Shown: positions 39,003 to 49,628 of the stretch, piece after piece | Numbering within the stretch: position 1 is the first letter of the stretch | Layout: the number at the start of each line of letters is the position of its first letter | NCBI GenBank assembly: GCA_019747895.1 | Contig: JAIEQF010000008.1 | Coordinates: forward strand, 13,501-77,500 | From: Chthoniobacterales bacterium | GTDB taxonomy: Bacteria > Verrucomicrobiota > Verrucomicrobiia > Chthoniobacterales > UBA6821 | Reading direction: 5' to 3' | Length of the DNA: 64,000 nt | Program-made: the position numbers and the translations under genes | The notes under the pieces: generated by a model | What the model saw: the letters and a program-made list of their open reading frames with translations, nothing else | Databases searched by the model: none | Told to the model about the DNA's origin: nothing

Positions 39003-39932
39003 TTTTTCTTTCACGCCGGTTGCCAAGATCGTCTGAAAGTGAGGTGCCTGTGACTCACGAGAGACGATCTGAATTTCTAAATTTTTAAAACCGGCTTTGG
39101 TTAAAAGTGTGTGCAGCTCGACACTCGAGAAGCCAAGCCAGACATGGGCGTAGAGCTCCTTGGCCTGTTCGTAGGTGTGACTCAGAAGATCCAAGATAAT
39201 AATTTTCCCTCCTGGTTTGAGGATTTTAAAAGCAGCATCAACTGCGCGCTGTGGGCTAACGGCATGGTGCAGCGCCTGACTAAAGAGCGCGATATCGACT
39301 GAGTTTTTAATGATCGGAGGATCCTCAATTTCACCAAGTCGATATTCTAAATTTTTGAAGCCATTTTTTTTTGCAATCTTTTTTCCAAAGTTAACCATTT
39401 TAGGAAGGTTGTCGATGGCAATGACTTTTTCGGCAGAACGGGCTAGAAGCTGCGACAAAGTTCCTTCACCAGCACCAAGATCCGCAATAACTAAGGGAGG
39501 TAAAAGTTTTAAGAGACCGTGAGCCAAGGCTTCCCAAGAGCGTCCAGGAACATAGGCATGACCAAACTTGCCTGCTAACTTTCCAAAGTACTCTGCAGCA
39601 CGATCACGCCGTTTAGTTAAGACTAGTTTTAAAGCTTGTTCATCTCGGGAAACCTCTGGCAATTCTTTTGAAGCTTGATCAAGGATTTTTTCCAATGGCT
39701 TAAGCCAAGATGAAATAACCGCATAGTAACTATTTTTTCCCACACGACGATCAGTTACTAGATTTTGGCGACGGAGTTGTGCAAGGCTTGATGAAATACG
39801 AGATTGCCCCATGCTTAGTATTTCTTGAAGTTCTGCAACTGTTAGCTCTTCCTGCCTTAGCAGAAGAACAAGACGAAGGCGAGTTGGTTCTGATAACACA
39901 CTCATCAATGAAAGAATAGATGACATACACAT
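38997..39932 (-). CDS. sahR: ArsR-family HTH fused to a SAM-dependent methyltransferase fold (SahR-like SAM-cycle regulator)
   Basis: EPTRLRL..ELTVAELQEIL..QSRISSSL HTH, ADLGAGEG motif I, divergent from metK-ahcY. Confidence 0.82.
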   Translation of the reverse strand: MCMSSILSLMSVLSEPTRLRLVLLLRQEELTVAELQEILSMGQSRISSSLAQLRRQNLVTDRRVGKNSYYAVISSWLKPLEKILDQASKELPEVSRDEQALKLVLTKRRDRAAEYFGKLAGKFGHAYVPGRSWEALAHGLLKLLPPLVIADLGAGEGTLSQLLARSAEKVIAIDNLPKMVNFGKKIAKKNGFKNLEYRLGEIEDPPIIKNSVDIALFSQALHHAVSPQRAVDAAFKILKPGGKIIILDLLSHTYEQAKELYAHVWLGFSSVELHTLLTKAGFKNLEIQIVSRESQAPHFQTILATGVKEKN

Positions 39933-39936
39933 TTAT

Positions 39937-39956
39937 ATATACAAATATCTTGATAT
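39937..39956. promoter_or_regulatory. Candidate SahR operator
   Basis: Imperfect palindrome ATATACAAATATCTTGATAT (reverse complement ATATCAAGATATTTGTATAT) between sahR and metK. Confidence 0.6.
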
Positions 39957-40048
39957 GTTGTGCAAATTATTTTAATTTTTTTGAAAACAGATAACTCTAC
40001 ACTCTACAATATTTCGATACTTTAACTACTGCTCAGCAGCTTCAACAT

Positions 40049-41284
40049 ATGCCTAAAAACTTTATTTTTTCCTCAGAGTCCGTTGCCGAAGGTCATCCTG
40101 ACAAAGTTTGTGATACCATTTCTGACGCTATTTTAGATGCTTGCTTAGCCATTGATCCCAATAGCCGTGTGGCCTGCGAGGTCTATGCGAAAAGCAACGT
40201 CGTTGTTGTGGGCGGCGAAATCAGCATTCCTAAGCACAAAGGAAAAAGCATCGATAGCGTCCTTAACATTAATAAAATTGTTCGCGAGGTTATTACTGAG
40301 ATTGGCTACGTTCATGACGATGATGTTTTTCATGCTGAGAAAATTTTTATTAATAACATCATCACTTCACAAAGCGATGACATCGCTCAAGGAGTTGATG
40401 TGCGGAAGAGCAAAGGAAAAACAGTTCACGAGCAGGGAGCAGGGGATCAAGGTTTGATGTTTGGCTATGCCTGTGATGAGACTCCGGAGCTGATGCCGGC
40501 GCCGATCATGTATGCGCATCGCCTAGGCCGTGAGTTGACGCGCTTGCGCAAAGCTGGCAAAGCAAAATGGCTTCGTCCCGATGCGAAGACTCAAGTTTCG
40601 GTGCAATATGAAGATGGAATTCCAACACATGTTGTCAATGTTGTCATTTCTACTCAACACACCGCTGAAGCAAAAAATCAAGAGATCGAAAAATTTTTGA
40701 TCAATCAAGTCATCAAAAAGGTCATTCCAGGGAAGATGCTCACTTCAAAAACAAAGTTCCTCATCAACCCAACAGGACGCTTTGTGATTGGTGGTCCTCA
40801 AGGAGACACTGGGCTTACAGGACGAAAAATTATTGTTGATACCTATGGTGGAATGGGACGTCATGGCGGCGGAGCCTTTTCTGGAAAGGATCCGAGCAAG
40901 GTTGACCGTTCTGCAGCCTACATGGGACGTTACGTTGCTAAGAACGTTGTTGCTGCCCAATTTGCTAAAAAATGCGAAGTTCAATTTGCTTATGCTATCG
41001 GCTGCGCTGATCCTGTCAGCATTCACATCGATACTTTTGGAACAGCAACTATCCCTGAAGAAGTTATTAAAAAATCTATCGAAGCAACGTTCCGCTTTAA
41101 ACCAGCTGACGTTATCGAAACCTTAAAACTCAAACGTCCGATTTATTCCAAGACAACCAACTATGGTCACTTCGGAAAAATCGACGACCTCAATAGCATC
41201 ACCTGGGAGCGCACCGACAAGGTAGATGCTTTGAAAAAAGAAGCATCCTCGATTATGAAAAAGATGAAATCGAAGATTGCGTAA
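40049..41284 (+). CDS. metK: S-adenosylmethionine synthetase
   Basis: [33 protein letters not shown]. Confidence 0.97.
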   Translation: MPKNFIFSSESVAEGHPDKVCDTISDAILDACLAIDPNSRVACEVYAKSNVVVVGGEISIPKHKGKSIDSVLNINKIVREVITEIGYVHDDDVFHAEKIFINNIITSQSDDIAQGVDVRKSKGKTVHEQGAGDQGLMFGYACDETPELMPAPIMYAHRLGRELTRLRKAGKAKWLRPDAKTQVSVQYEDGIPTHVVNVVISTQHTAEAKNQEIEKFLINQVIKKVIPGKMLTSKTKFLINPTGRFVIGGPQGDTGLTGRKIIVDTYGGMGRHGGGAFSGKDPSKVDRSAAYMGRYVAKNVVAAQFAKKCEVQFAYAIGCADPVSIHIDTFGTATIPEEVIKKSIEATFRFKPADVIETLKLKRPIYSKTTNYGHFGKIDDLNSITWERTDKVDALKKEASSIMKKMKSKIA

Positions 41285-41326
41285 TTATTCCCATCCATCA
41301 TTTTTAAACTCATTATTTTTACCACT

Positions 41327-42745
41327 ATGTCCAATTCCACTAACGATTTTAAAGTAGCCGACCTCTCCCTCGCTGAATGGGGACGCAAAGAAATTTCGAT
41401 TGCTGAGCAAGAAATGCCAGGCCTCATGAGCATTCGCAAAAAATATGCGAAAGATAAACCTCTCCAAGGCGTCCGCATCACAGGCTCCTTGCATATGACA
41501 ATCCAGACTGCCGTCCTGATTGAAACACTCCAAGAGCTCGGCGCAAGTGTGCGTTGGGCAAGCTGCAATATTTTTTCAACTCAAGACCAAGCTGCTGCCG
41601 CAATCGCTGCAACGGGAACTCCTGTCTTTGCTTGGAAAGGGGAGAGTCTCGAAGAATATTGGTGGTGCACTTATCAGGCCATCTCCTTTCCAGGTGGCAA
41701 AGGCCCTGAGCTAGTCGTTGATGATGGTGGCGACGTGACACTCTTGCTGCACAAAGGTTATGAGCTCGAGAAAGGGGACAACACTTGGGTTAACTCTCCT
41801 TCTAGCAATCATGAGGAGCAGGTGATCAAAGATCTTTTGAAAAAAGTTTATGCAGAAAATCCAACACGCTGGCATGAAATGGTCAAAGATTGGAAAGGGG
41901 TTTCTGAAGAGACAACGACCGGCGTGCATCGTCTCTACAAACTTCATGAGCAAGGAAAACTTTTGATTCCTGCGTTCAACGTCAATGATTCGGTGACGAA
42001 GAGCAAATTCGATAATCTTTACGGCTGCCGTCACTCGCTCGTCGATGGACTCAACCGCGCTATCGACGTTATGATTTCCGGAAAAGTTGCCGTCGTCTGT
42101 GGTTATGGTGATGTCGGCAAAGGATGCGCTCAATCATTGCGCGGACAAGGAGCTCGCGTCATCGTTACTGAGATTGATCCGATCAATGCGCTGCAAGCAG
42201 CCATGGAAGGGTACGAGGTCACCACGATCGAAGAAACTTTGGGTCGCGGCGACATCTATGTCACAACGACAGGCAATTTTAAAGTGATCACTCTTGAGCA
42301 CATGAAGAAGATGAAAGATCAAGCGATCGTCTGTAACATTGGTCACTTTGATAACGAAATCGAAGTTGATAATCTCGTCGCTTTTCCTGGCATCAAAAAA
42401 ACAAACATTAAGCCACAGGTTGATAAATATACCTTCCCTGCTGGAAATGAAATTTTCCTTCTCGCAGAAGGACGTCTCGTTAATCTCGGCTGCGCTACAG
42501 GCCATCCAAGTTTTGTGATGAGCAATAGTTTTAGCAATCAGACATTGGCCCAACTCGACCTTTGGAAAAATCGTGAGCAATATAAACCAGGCGTCTATAT
42601 CTTGCCCAAGAAGCTTGATGAAGAAGTCGCTCGCTTGCACTTGGAAAAAATCGGCGTCAAGTTGACCGTGCTGACCAAGGAGCAAGCTGACTATCTTGAT
42701 ATTCCTGTGGATGGGCCTTACAAGCCAGAACACTACCGTTACTAA
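41327..42745 (+). CDS. ahcY: Adenosylhomocysteinase
   Basis: [46 protein letters not shown]-terminal YRY. Confidence 0.97.
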   Translation: MSNSTNDFKVADLSLAEWGRKEISIAEQEMPGLMSIRKKYAKDKPLQGVRITGSLHMTIQTAVLIETLQELGASVRWASCNIFSTQDQAAAAIAATGTPVFAWKGESLEEYWWCTYQAISFPGGKGPELVVDDGGDVTLLLHKGYELEKGDNTWVNSPSSNHEEQVIKDLLKKVYAENPTRWHEMVKDWKGVSEETTTGVHRLYKLHEQGKLLIPAFNVNDSVTKSKFDNLYGCRHSLVDGLNRAIDVMISGKVAVVCGYGDVGKGCAQSLRGQGARVIVTEIDPINALQAAMEGYEVTTIEETLGRGDIYVTTTGNFKVITLEHMKKMKDQAIVCNIGHFDNEIEVDNLVAFPGIKKTNIKPQVDKYTFPAGNEIFLLAEGRLVNLGCATGHPSFVMSNSFSNQTLAQLDLWKNREQYKPGVYILPKKLDEEVARLHLEKIGVKLTVLTKEQADYLDIPVDGPYKPEHYRY

Positions 42746-42848
42746 AAAGTACGCCTAGCTTTTCTGGCTTGAAGGAGGGGCGTAGAGGTTGTATTTTTTT
42801 TGTGAATTTTAACTTCATTAAAAAGATCAACCTTAACGCTTCAAAAGC

Positions 42849-43436
42849 ATGAATGATAATATAAAACCAATAGAGTCTGGAAGAGTCATAACTCCGACCA
42901 CGCTACCACACGAGAGGGTTGATTCCTGGGATCATCTTGATGGTGATTCAAAAGTCCACTTCAATCTTAAGACCCAAACCTACCAAGCAAAGCCGTTCCA
43001 ATCGAAGCATCCTTTTGGGCGCCTTCTCTCTTTTTTAAGTGGAGAAATTTCATTTAAAGCTCTTTTGAGTTCCGAAGAGACAAAAATAGAAGCTTTTAAC
43101 AGCACAAAAAAGCAAATTGAAGATGATCTAAAGCACCATCTCCACGATAAATATGTTGCAGAATGTGGCGAAAATTATAACCCTGAAATCCACTCTCACA
43201 TTGATACCTATATCAGCGAAAATCTAGCTAATCTACAAGAGCATGAGCTTACCGGAAATAAATTAAAGGAGCTAAAAGCTCAGTTTAAACTTCCTGAGGA
43301 ATTTCCTCTTGCCTCAGAGCAAAAACTTTATACGCCGGACAAATCTCAATTGCCTAGCAGCCAATATTCAAAAGTACCTATCGCAAAAGATCAGCCAAAA
43401 TTCACACCTACTTTACCCAGCGACATCCGATTTTAA
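42849..43436 (+). CDS. Hypothetical protein
   Basis: 195-aa ORF with ATG start filling the gap between ahcY and the APC transporter. Confidence 0.65.
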   Translation: MNDNIKPIESGRVITPTTLPHERVDSWDHLDGDSKVHFNLKTQTYQAKPFQSKHPFGRLLSFLSGEISFKALLSSEETKIEAFNSTKKQIEDDLKHHLHDKYVAECGENYNPEIHSHIDTYISENLANLQEHELTGNKLKELKAQFKLPEEFPLASEQKLYTPDKSQLPSSQYSKVPIAKDQPKFTPTLPSDIRF

Positions 43437-44848
43437 ATAACTCTTTCTTCCGCTTTAGCATCTCTATTTTTTGAGTTTTTGTAATAAAGAACAAAGGGAA
43501 TGGTGCAGCAGATAAGGATGCCTGCAACGATGAGCAGCTCATACGTTGTTAAGTTACCAACGGGAATCTGAGTGGGGGGCAAAAAGCCGATAAAAATAGT
43601 GAAGAGACTGGCTGCACAGCCTGATCCACAAATGATCCAGAGGCCTATTTTTCCTCCAGGGATGGTAAAGGCTCGTTTCACATTTGGATATTTATAGCGC
43701 AGTTTAATGGCTGTAATAAACAGCATAAAATAAAACATCAGCTGTAGAATCGCGGCGACATCAGTGAGGAGCCAGAAGCTGCTACTGACGCTCGGCATTA
43801 AAAAGAACGCAGCACACAAGATGGTAAAAATCGCACCTTGCAATAAGAGGATCGTTACGGGGATCGCATGTTTGTTTTGAAATCCAAACTTTTCTGAAAA
43901 GCATTGATCATGGCAGGCAACTAACAACCCTTTGCTTGGCCCTAAAATCCAGGCATTGGCAATACCAACTGAACTGAGTACAATCAACAATGCTAAGACT
44001 GGCATCATCCAACTGATATGGAACGCAGCAAAGAAAACCTCGAATGCTTGGAGCATGCCAGAGACGATATTAATTTGTTGTTGAGGGATGACTAAGGCGA
44101 TGGCTAGCGAAGAAAAAATGAGCGTGCTGACAATAATAATAACCGACCAAAAAATAGCTTTGGGATAGTTGCGTTGTGGATTTTCGACGTCTCCTGCATG
44201 AATGGCGGACATTTCGATGCCTGTTAATCCATAGAACATGGCCGTCAGTAGCACTAAATTATTGATGTTGCTTAAGTCTGGAAAAAAACTGTGCCAGTCA
44301 AAGTGAAGGCAGATCGGCTTTCCCATCATCATCCAAATACCAGCTAACGCGGAAATTAAAATCATCGGAACAATGGTTCCGACAACAGCCGCAATCGTGC
44401 ACAAGAGGCTCGAGGCTGAGAGTCCAAAAAAATTAATAATCGTGGCTCCCCAAAAGAAAACAAGAACGATGATCAGCATATAGACGGGATTGTTCACGAG
44501 ATTAGGATTGATGCAGTAGGCCAATGTTGCACCGATAAAAGTCATGATAGTCAGAAACCAAAGAATGTTATTAAACCACTGGAGCCACATCGTGAAAAAC
44601 CCCCACTTTTTACCGAATGCTTCTCGCGCCCAAACATAGATTCCTCCGGTTTCAGGCCACCCTGTTGCAAGCTCAGCAGCAACAAGAGACATCGGAATAA
44701 AAAAAACTAAAGCAACGAGTAAAAAATAAAAAACCAGCGACAGCCCATATTCCGCGCTGGTCGACAGCGTTTTTAAACTATCAATGGCGATGAGATTGAT
44801 CATCACCAGACTAAAAAGGCTCAACGTTTTTTTCTTAGGAGTATTCAT
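43433..44848 (-). CDS. APC family amino acid permease (GadC-like)
   Basis: AELATGWPETGGIYVWAREAFG, GIEMSA, ENPQRNYPKA, about 12 TM segments; start at MNTPKKK. Confidence 0.9.
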   Translation of the reverse strand: MNTPKKKTLSLFSLVMINLIAIDSLKTLSTSAEYGLSLVFYFLLVALVFFIPMSLVAAELATGWPETGGIYVWAREAFGKKWGFFTMWLQWFNNILWFLTIMTFIGATLAYCINPNLVNNPVYMLIIVLVFFWGATIINFFGLSASSLLCTIAAVVGTIVPMILISALAGIWMMMGKPICLHFDWHSFFPDLSNINNLVLLTAMFYGLTGIEMSAIHAGDVENPQRNYPKAIFWSVIIIVSTLIFSSLAIALVIPQQQINIVSGMLQAFEVFFAAFHISWMMPVLALLIVLSSVGIANAWILGPSKGLLVACHDQCFSEKFGFQNKHAIPVTILLLQGAIFTILCAAFFLMPSVSSSFWLLTDVAAILQLMFYFMLFITAIKLRYKYPNVKRAFTIPGGKIGLWIICGSGCAASLFTIFIGFLPPTQIPVGNLTTYELLIVAGILICCTIPFVLYYKNSKNRDAKAEERVI

Positions 44849-44963
44849 GTTGTTATAAGTCTCACTTCGATTTGATGAAGATCTACATAAAATAAAGAAA
44901 GAGCAAACTGTAATGTATTTTTTTTCCTGTAACCTGCAAGCTATAACCTGGTAGCCTAATCTC

Positions 44964-45803
44964 ATGAAAAAATCACCTCTTGTCTGGTTCATCACAGGAA
45001 CATCTGGCGGCTTTGGATCCGAGCTCGTCCGAGTGGCATTGGCACGCGGTGATAGCGTGGTAGCGACTTCGCGCGATCCTGAGAAAGTGGAAGCGACTTT
45101 TCCCAATTGCTCAGATCGTCTTCTGGCGCTGCGCGTCAATCTTCATAGCATCTCCGAAATAGAAGAAGCCGTCGCAGTGGCGATCGCAACTTTTGGAAAG
45201 ATCGACATTCTCATCAACAACGCAGGGTATGGCCTCTTGGGGGCGCTGGAAGAGGCGAGCGAGAAAGAAATTTTAGAACTTTTCCAAGTCAATGTCTTTG
45301 CTCTTCTTCGCATGACAAGAGCTGTTTTACCTCATTTTAGAAAAAACCGCAGCGGCCATATCGTGAACATCTCTTCGATGTGGGGCTTAACAGCAGCAGC
45401 TGGTGCCGGTATTTACAACGCCACGAAGTTTGCCGTCGAAGGGCTATCACAAGCATTGGTACAGGAAGTCAAACCGCTCGGCATCGATGTCACAATTGTT
45501 GAGCCTGGCGGTTTTCGGACGGACTTTTTAGGGAAGTCGATTGTTTTTTCCTCAACGGTCATCGACGATTATGCAAAGACCTCTGGCGCTCTTCGCACTT
45601 GGGGAGAGACCAGCCATCGAACGCAACGTGGCGATACGAAACTTGGAGCAGAAGCCATTGTCAATGCCGTCACCTCGCAACATCCTCCGCTCCATTTGCT
45701 GCTCGGACCGGACGCTTACGAAGATACGCTTCAACATCTCGATGAACAGCGTCGTGAATTTGAAGCGTGGCGTGAGGTGACTCATTCGACAGATGTGAAA
45801 TGA
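44964..45803 (+). CDS. SDR family NAD(P)-dependent oxidoreductase
   Basis: ITGTSGGFG, INNAG, YNATK catalytic motif, VEPGGFRT. Confidence 0.92.
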   Translation: MKKSPLVWFITGTSGGFGSELVRVALARGDSVVATSRDPEKVEATFPNCSDRLLALRVNLHSISEIEEAVAVAIATFGKIDILINNAGYGLLGALEEASEKEILELFQVNVFALLRMTRAVLPHFRKNRSGHIVNISSMWGLTAAAGAGIYNATKFAVEGLSQALVQEVKPLGIDVTIVEPGGFRTDFLGKSIVFSSTVIDDYAKTSGALRTWGETSHRTQRGDTKLGAEAIVNAVTSQHPPLHLLLGPDAYEDTLQHLDEQRREFEAWREVTHSTDVK

Positions 45804-47023
45804 ATAATCCTCCCTCTACTTTCCCTGAAGTCATTTTAACTAAAAAGAAAATCAATCTTATTCTTTGGACCCTTCTTCCTCTTTCCTCATTGACTGGGAT
45901 GGCGGTTGATTTAGTTGCTCCTTGTTTACCTTCGATTGCAAGTAGTTTAGACGTTTCTAGTGGAATCACAAAAAATGTCATTACACTTTATTTACTCGGA
46001 TACGCTTTAGGAAATTTTTGTTCTGGGTTTTTAACAGATGCTTGGGGACGCAAGCATATTTTAAGAATAGGTTTATTAGGCTTTATCGTGGCCAGTTTGC
46101 TTCCGGTAGTTATCCCAACGATTATTACTGTATTGGTAGGCAGATTTTTTGAGGGGATCACGATTGGCACGATTGTCGTAGTCGCTCGAGCTATTTATTC
46201 AGATATTTTGCCTCCTGAAAAATTAGTTCGAATGGGAACCTTAATTGGAAGTATGTTTGGAATTGGGACTGTGATTGGGCCGCTTATCGGTGGGTACCTG
46301 CAATTTTATGGAGGATGGAAGGCCTGTTTTCTCTTTTTTGTAGTAACTGCTTTGATTACTTTCGTTGCCGTGATCTTGGTTCTTCCAGAGACACACTTTC
46401 GACGTCATTCACTAAAATTAAAAACTATTCAGTATCATCTTGCTGAAGTTTTGCATCATCAAGAGTTCATGGCTTTAGTTTTAATCATGGGAGCCATTTA
46501 TTCGTTAATGATTGTTTTCAACACAGCGGGACCATTTTTAATTCAAACAAAATTGCATCACACGCCAATCTTTTTTGGTAATACATCACTCTGTTTAGGA
46601 GCAGCTTTCCTAGGAGCTACTTTTTTCTGTCGGCATTGCGTTAAAAAATATCGTATTGAAAAATTGTTGTTTTTTATAATTCATGCTTTTTGTCTTATCG
46701 CTTTATTATCCTTGATAGCCAGTTTCTTTTTTGATCAAAGCATCATCTTGCTCTTAGGAGTTAGCATGGCGATGTTTTTTTCCACAGGATTTATTTTTCC
46801 CATGTGCATGGGAAAGGGCATGGCACTTTTTCGTCACATTACTGGAACTGCAACCGCCATGATGTTCTTCATCAATATTCTCATCACAACCTTGACTGCA
46901 TTTTTACTGAGCTTTCTTAACATTCAAAATATTTCGTCGATGATTGCAGTTTATCTAATACTCCTGGCGATTTGCGTTTTTATCTACTGGCGATTTATTC
47001 ATTTTCATGAAAAAGAGGATTAG
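45800..47023 (+). CDS. MFS transporter (Bcr/CflA-like)
   Basis: DLVAPCLP, GFLTDAWGRK motif A, GPLIGG..GWKACF, about 12 TM segments. Confidence 0.88.
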   Translation: MNNPPSTFPEVILTKKKINLILWTLLPLSSLTGMAVDLVAPCLPSIASSLDVSSGITKNVITLYLLGYALGNFCSGFLTDAWGRKHILRIGLLGFIVASLLPVVIPTIITVLVGRFFEGITIGTIVVVARAIYSDILPPEKLVRMGTLIGSMFGIGTVIGPLIGGYLQFYGGWKACFLFFVVTALITFVAVILVLPETHFRRHSLKLKTIQYHLAEVLHHQEFMALVLIMGAIYSLMIVFNTAGPFLIQTKLHHTPIFFGNTSLCLGAAFLGATFFCRHCVKKYRIEKLLFFIIHAFCLIALLSLIASFFFDQSIILLLGVSMAMFFSTGFIFPMCMGKGMALFRHITGTATAMMFFINILITTLTAFLLSFLNIQNISSMIAVYLILLAICVFIYWRFIHFHEKED

Positions 47024-48425
47024 CCTTCAGTCTTTTTTGCTCCAACCGCTCATGAGCTTCATAGACGATGAGAGGGAAGAGGTAACTGAAAAGGACGCCG
47101 CCAATCACGATGAGCTCGTAGGTCAAAACATTGCCAACGGGAATTTGAGCTGGCGGTAAAAATCCAACCCAGATGGCGAAGGTGCAACTTCCAATGCCAA
47201 TAAAATTGATCATCCAGAGACCAAACTTGCCACCTGGAATTTTGAAAAGACGAGGAACATTGGGATGTTTGTAACGCAGCTTGATAGCAGCAGCAAACAT
47301 CGCAATGTAAACCGTGAGGACTAAAATCGCGGTCACATTGGTCAAAAGCCAAAAGGCGCTGGCAATCGTTGGCATCAAAACAAAAAGACTGCACAAGATT
47401 GTAAAGATGATCGCTTGCAACAAGAGGATGTTGACTGGAACGCCATATTTATTTTTATAACCAAGTTTGCTAGGGAAAAATCCATCATCACATGCAACGA
47501 GAAGCGCTTTGCTTGGACCTGAAATCCAGGCGTTGGTTCCACCCATCGCTCCGAGCGCGATGAGTAAGGCTAGAACAGGCATAATGCCACTGAGATGAAA
47601 CGAGGAAAAGAAAACTTCAAATGCCTGCAAGAGCCCAGCAAGAATATTGATTTTAGATTTCGGAACAACAAAAGCAATCATGAGCGACGAAAGAATGAGA
47701 CTGCTTAAGATCAGCATGCCTGCCCATAAGATTGCCTTGGGATAATTACGTTGGGGATTTTCGACTTCGCCAGCATGAGCTGCTGACATTTCAATGCCGA
47801 CTAGACTATAGAAGACGCCGATGAGCAGTGCGAGATTGTTGATCTTACTCAGATCGGGTATGAGGCTGTGCCAACTGACTTCAACACTGAGCGGTTTTTT
47901 CATGCAAACCCAAACAACTCCTAACACAATAATAAAGAGCATCGGAAGGAGCGTTCCTAAAATAGCAGCCAAGGTGCTAAGGAAATTGGAAGCATGAATG
48001 CCACGAAAATTAAGAAACGTTGCTCCCCAAAAAAGAGAGAGCATGGTGAGGAGCATGTAAATTTTACTATTGGCCAGCTCCGGATTGATGAGGTAAGCCA
48101 ACGTTGTTCCGATGAAGGACATGATCGTTGGAAACCAGCAGGCATTATTAAACCAGAGGAGCCAAACTGTGAAAAATCCAAAGCGCCGCCCAAAAGCTTC
48201 TCGAACCCAAATGTAAACGCCACCTGTCTCTGGCCAACCCGTTGCCAACTCAGCAGAGACGAGCGCCGTCGGAAGAAAGAAAAGGAGCGCTGCCAAAAGA
48301 TAGTAGGTGATCAGTGAAAATCCATATTCTGCGCTCATGGGGAGAGTTCGAAGGCTATCAATAGCAATGACATTAATCATTACTAAGTTAAAAATACTAA
48401 GCTTTTTTTTGTTTGCTAGATTCAT
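46995..48425 (-). CDS. APC family amino acid permease (GadC-like), paralog of 43433-44848
   Basis: AELATGWPETGGVYIWVREAFG, GIEMSAAHAGEVENPQRNYPKA. Confidence 0.9.
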   Translation of the reverse strand: MNLANKKKLSIFNLVMINVIAIDSLRTLPMSAEYGFSLITYYLLAALLFFLPTALVSAELATGWPETGGVYIWVREAFGRRFGFFTVWLLWFNNACWFPTIMSFIGTTLAYLINPELANSKIYMLLTMLSLFWGATFLNFRGIHASNFLSTLAAILGTLLPMLFIIVLGVVWVCMKKPLSVEVSWHSLIPDLSKINNLALLIGVFYSLVGIEMSAAHAGEVENPQRNYPKAILWAGMLILSSLILSSLMIAFVVPKSKINILAGLLQAFEVFFSSFHLSGIMPVLALLIALGAMGGTNAWISGPSKALLVACDDGFFPSKLGYKNKYGVPVNILLLQAIIFTILCSLFVLMPTIASAFWLLTNVTAILVLTVYIAMFAAAIKLRYKHPNVPRLFKIPGGKFGLWMINFIGIGSCTFAIWVGFLPPAQIPVGNVLTYELIVIGGVLFSYLFPLIVYEAHERLEQKRLKANPLFHENE

Positions 48426-48483
48426 GAAGAAAGTGGAAGATAGCCCCATTGGATGTAAGGCACAAGAAGATAAAAGACGATCT

Positions 48484-49446
48484 ATGAACAGTATTCACCC
48501 AAGTTATGAACAAAATTCTCTCTCATTGAGGTCTAATTTACAAACACCACGGGATTCATTAATCACACCCCAAAGCAAACTAGTTGTTTCTCTTGATAAT
48601 GGCTCTCAAATAATGGTTGTAACAGATGAGCAAAGGGATAGATACAAAAATCTTCTTGGACTTAAAGTTGAAATTAATGACAAGTATCGAGCTCTAGCTA
48701 ATAACTATAATCAGAAACTAACTTACTTCGGTGCCTTTATTCATACTTTTTTTAGTAAGGACATAGCTAATAGGTTAGCTCCTAACTATGCTGAAGGTTC
48801 TAACAGATTGGTTTTAATTAATGAATTAAAAAATAAAATAGATAGCGAATTTACTAAACTTGATAGCATCATCACCACTGATAATCCCAAAAGTCTAAAC
48901 GAACAATTTTCGACTTCGCTTCAATTATTAAAAAAAACAGTAGATCAATTAACTAACTTAGTTACCTCTCCATATGATGAGAAAGAAGAACTAAAGAGTA
49001 ATGATGCCAAAAAGCCTATTGATGAAAATTTCTCTGATCCTGAATGGTGGAGAGACGAAGACAAATTATCACAAAAAGAAAAAACAATACCGCTTTTGAA
49101 AGAGGATGATTTAAATAGTAAATGGTCTTGTCAAGCCAACCTTACCGGAAATTGGAACTGTGACCGTGAAATTAAAAGGTTATCTACCATTTTACCTGAA
49201 AATCTTCTCAATAAAGATCATCAAGATCGCTATTATAAACTTCAATCAATAGCGAAATCATTTAGAGAATTAGAAGAAAAAATGATGGCAACTTCCCCCC
49301 CTAATGGTCAACTACTAAAAGATTTTAGCCGTCTTAATAGGAATGAGAAAATTTCTTATCTTATTTTAGCACAAAAAATAAGAGAAGGGGTGCCACACTT
49401 GATTTCCTTAATCCAACCCGATTTTTTCTTAGCAAATTTTACCTAG
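48484..49446 (+). CDS. Hypothetical protein
   Basis: AT-rich ORF of about 320 aa from MNSIHPS; its TAG lies in the end of the 185-bp palindrome. Confidence 0.7.
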   Translation: MNSIHPSYEQNSLSLRSNLQTPRDSLITPQSKLVVSLDNGSQIMVVTDEQRDRYKNLLGLKVEINDKYRALANNYNQKLTYFGAFIHTFFSKDIANRLAPNYAEGSNRLVLINELKNKIDSEFTKLDSIITTDNPKSLNEQFSTSLQLLKKTVDQLTNLVTSPYDEKEELKSNDAKKPIDENFSDPEWWRDEDKLSQKEKTIPLLKEDDLNSKWSCQANLTGNWNCDREIKRLSTILPENLLNKDHQDRYYKLQSIAKSFRELEEKMMATSPPNGQLLKDFSRLNRNEKISYLILAQKIREGVPHLISLIQPDFFLANFT

Positions 49447-49628
49447 CCGGAATATTTCATGGGAAATCGTCGTGAGGCGCCGCGCAAAGCCCATGGATAC
49501 AAGGCGGGTGAAAAATTTCGATGCAGTGGCTTTATTTTTCACACTGTCCAAATCGAAATTGGAGCCCAACGCTGTAGGCATGGGCTTTCCGCAAGTCGCA
49601 ATAGATTTATCATGAAATATTGGGGCTA
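49444..49628. mobile_element. 185-bp palindromic MITE-like element
   Basis: Ends TAGCCGGAATATTTCATG/CATGAAATATTGGGGCTA; inner stems AAAGCCCATG/CATGGGCTTT, ATTTCGAT/ATCGAAAT, CAGTG/CACTG. Confidence 0.75.

Noticed and set aside
39933-40048. SAM riboswitch upstream of metK
   Set aside because: No SAM-I/II core sequences or stems are visible; the region is short and AT-rich and has a palindromic operator candidate instead.
44849-45139. 97-aa N-terminal extension of the first APC permease
   Set aside because: It overlaps the SDR gene on the opposite strand, and the paralog aligns from MNTPKKK at 44848.
48307-48483. Upstream extension of the 48484 orphan
   Set aside because: It is antisense to the start of the APC permease; the ATG at 48484 is more plausible.
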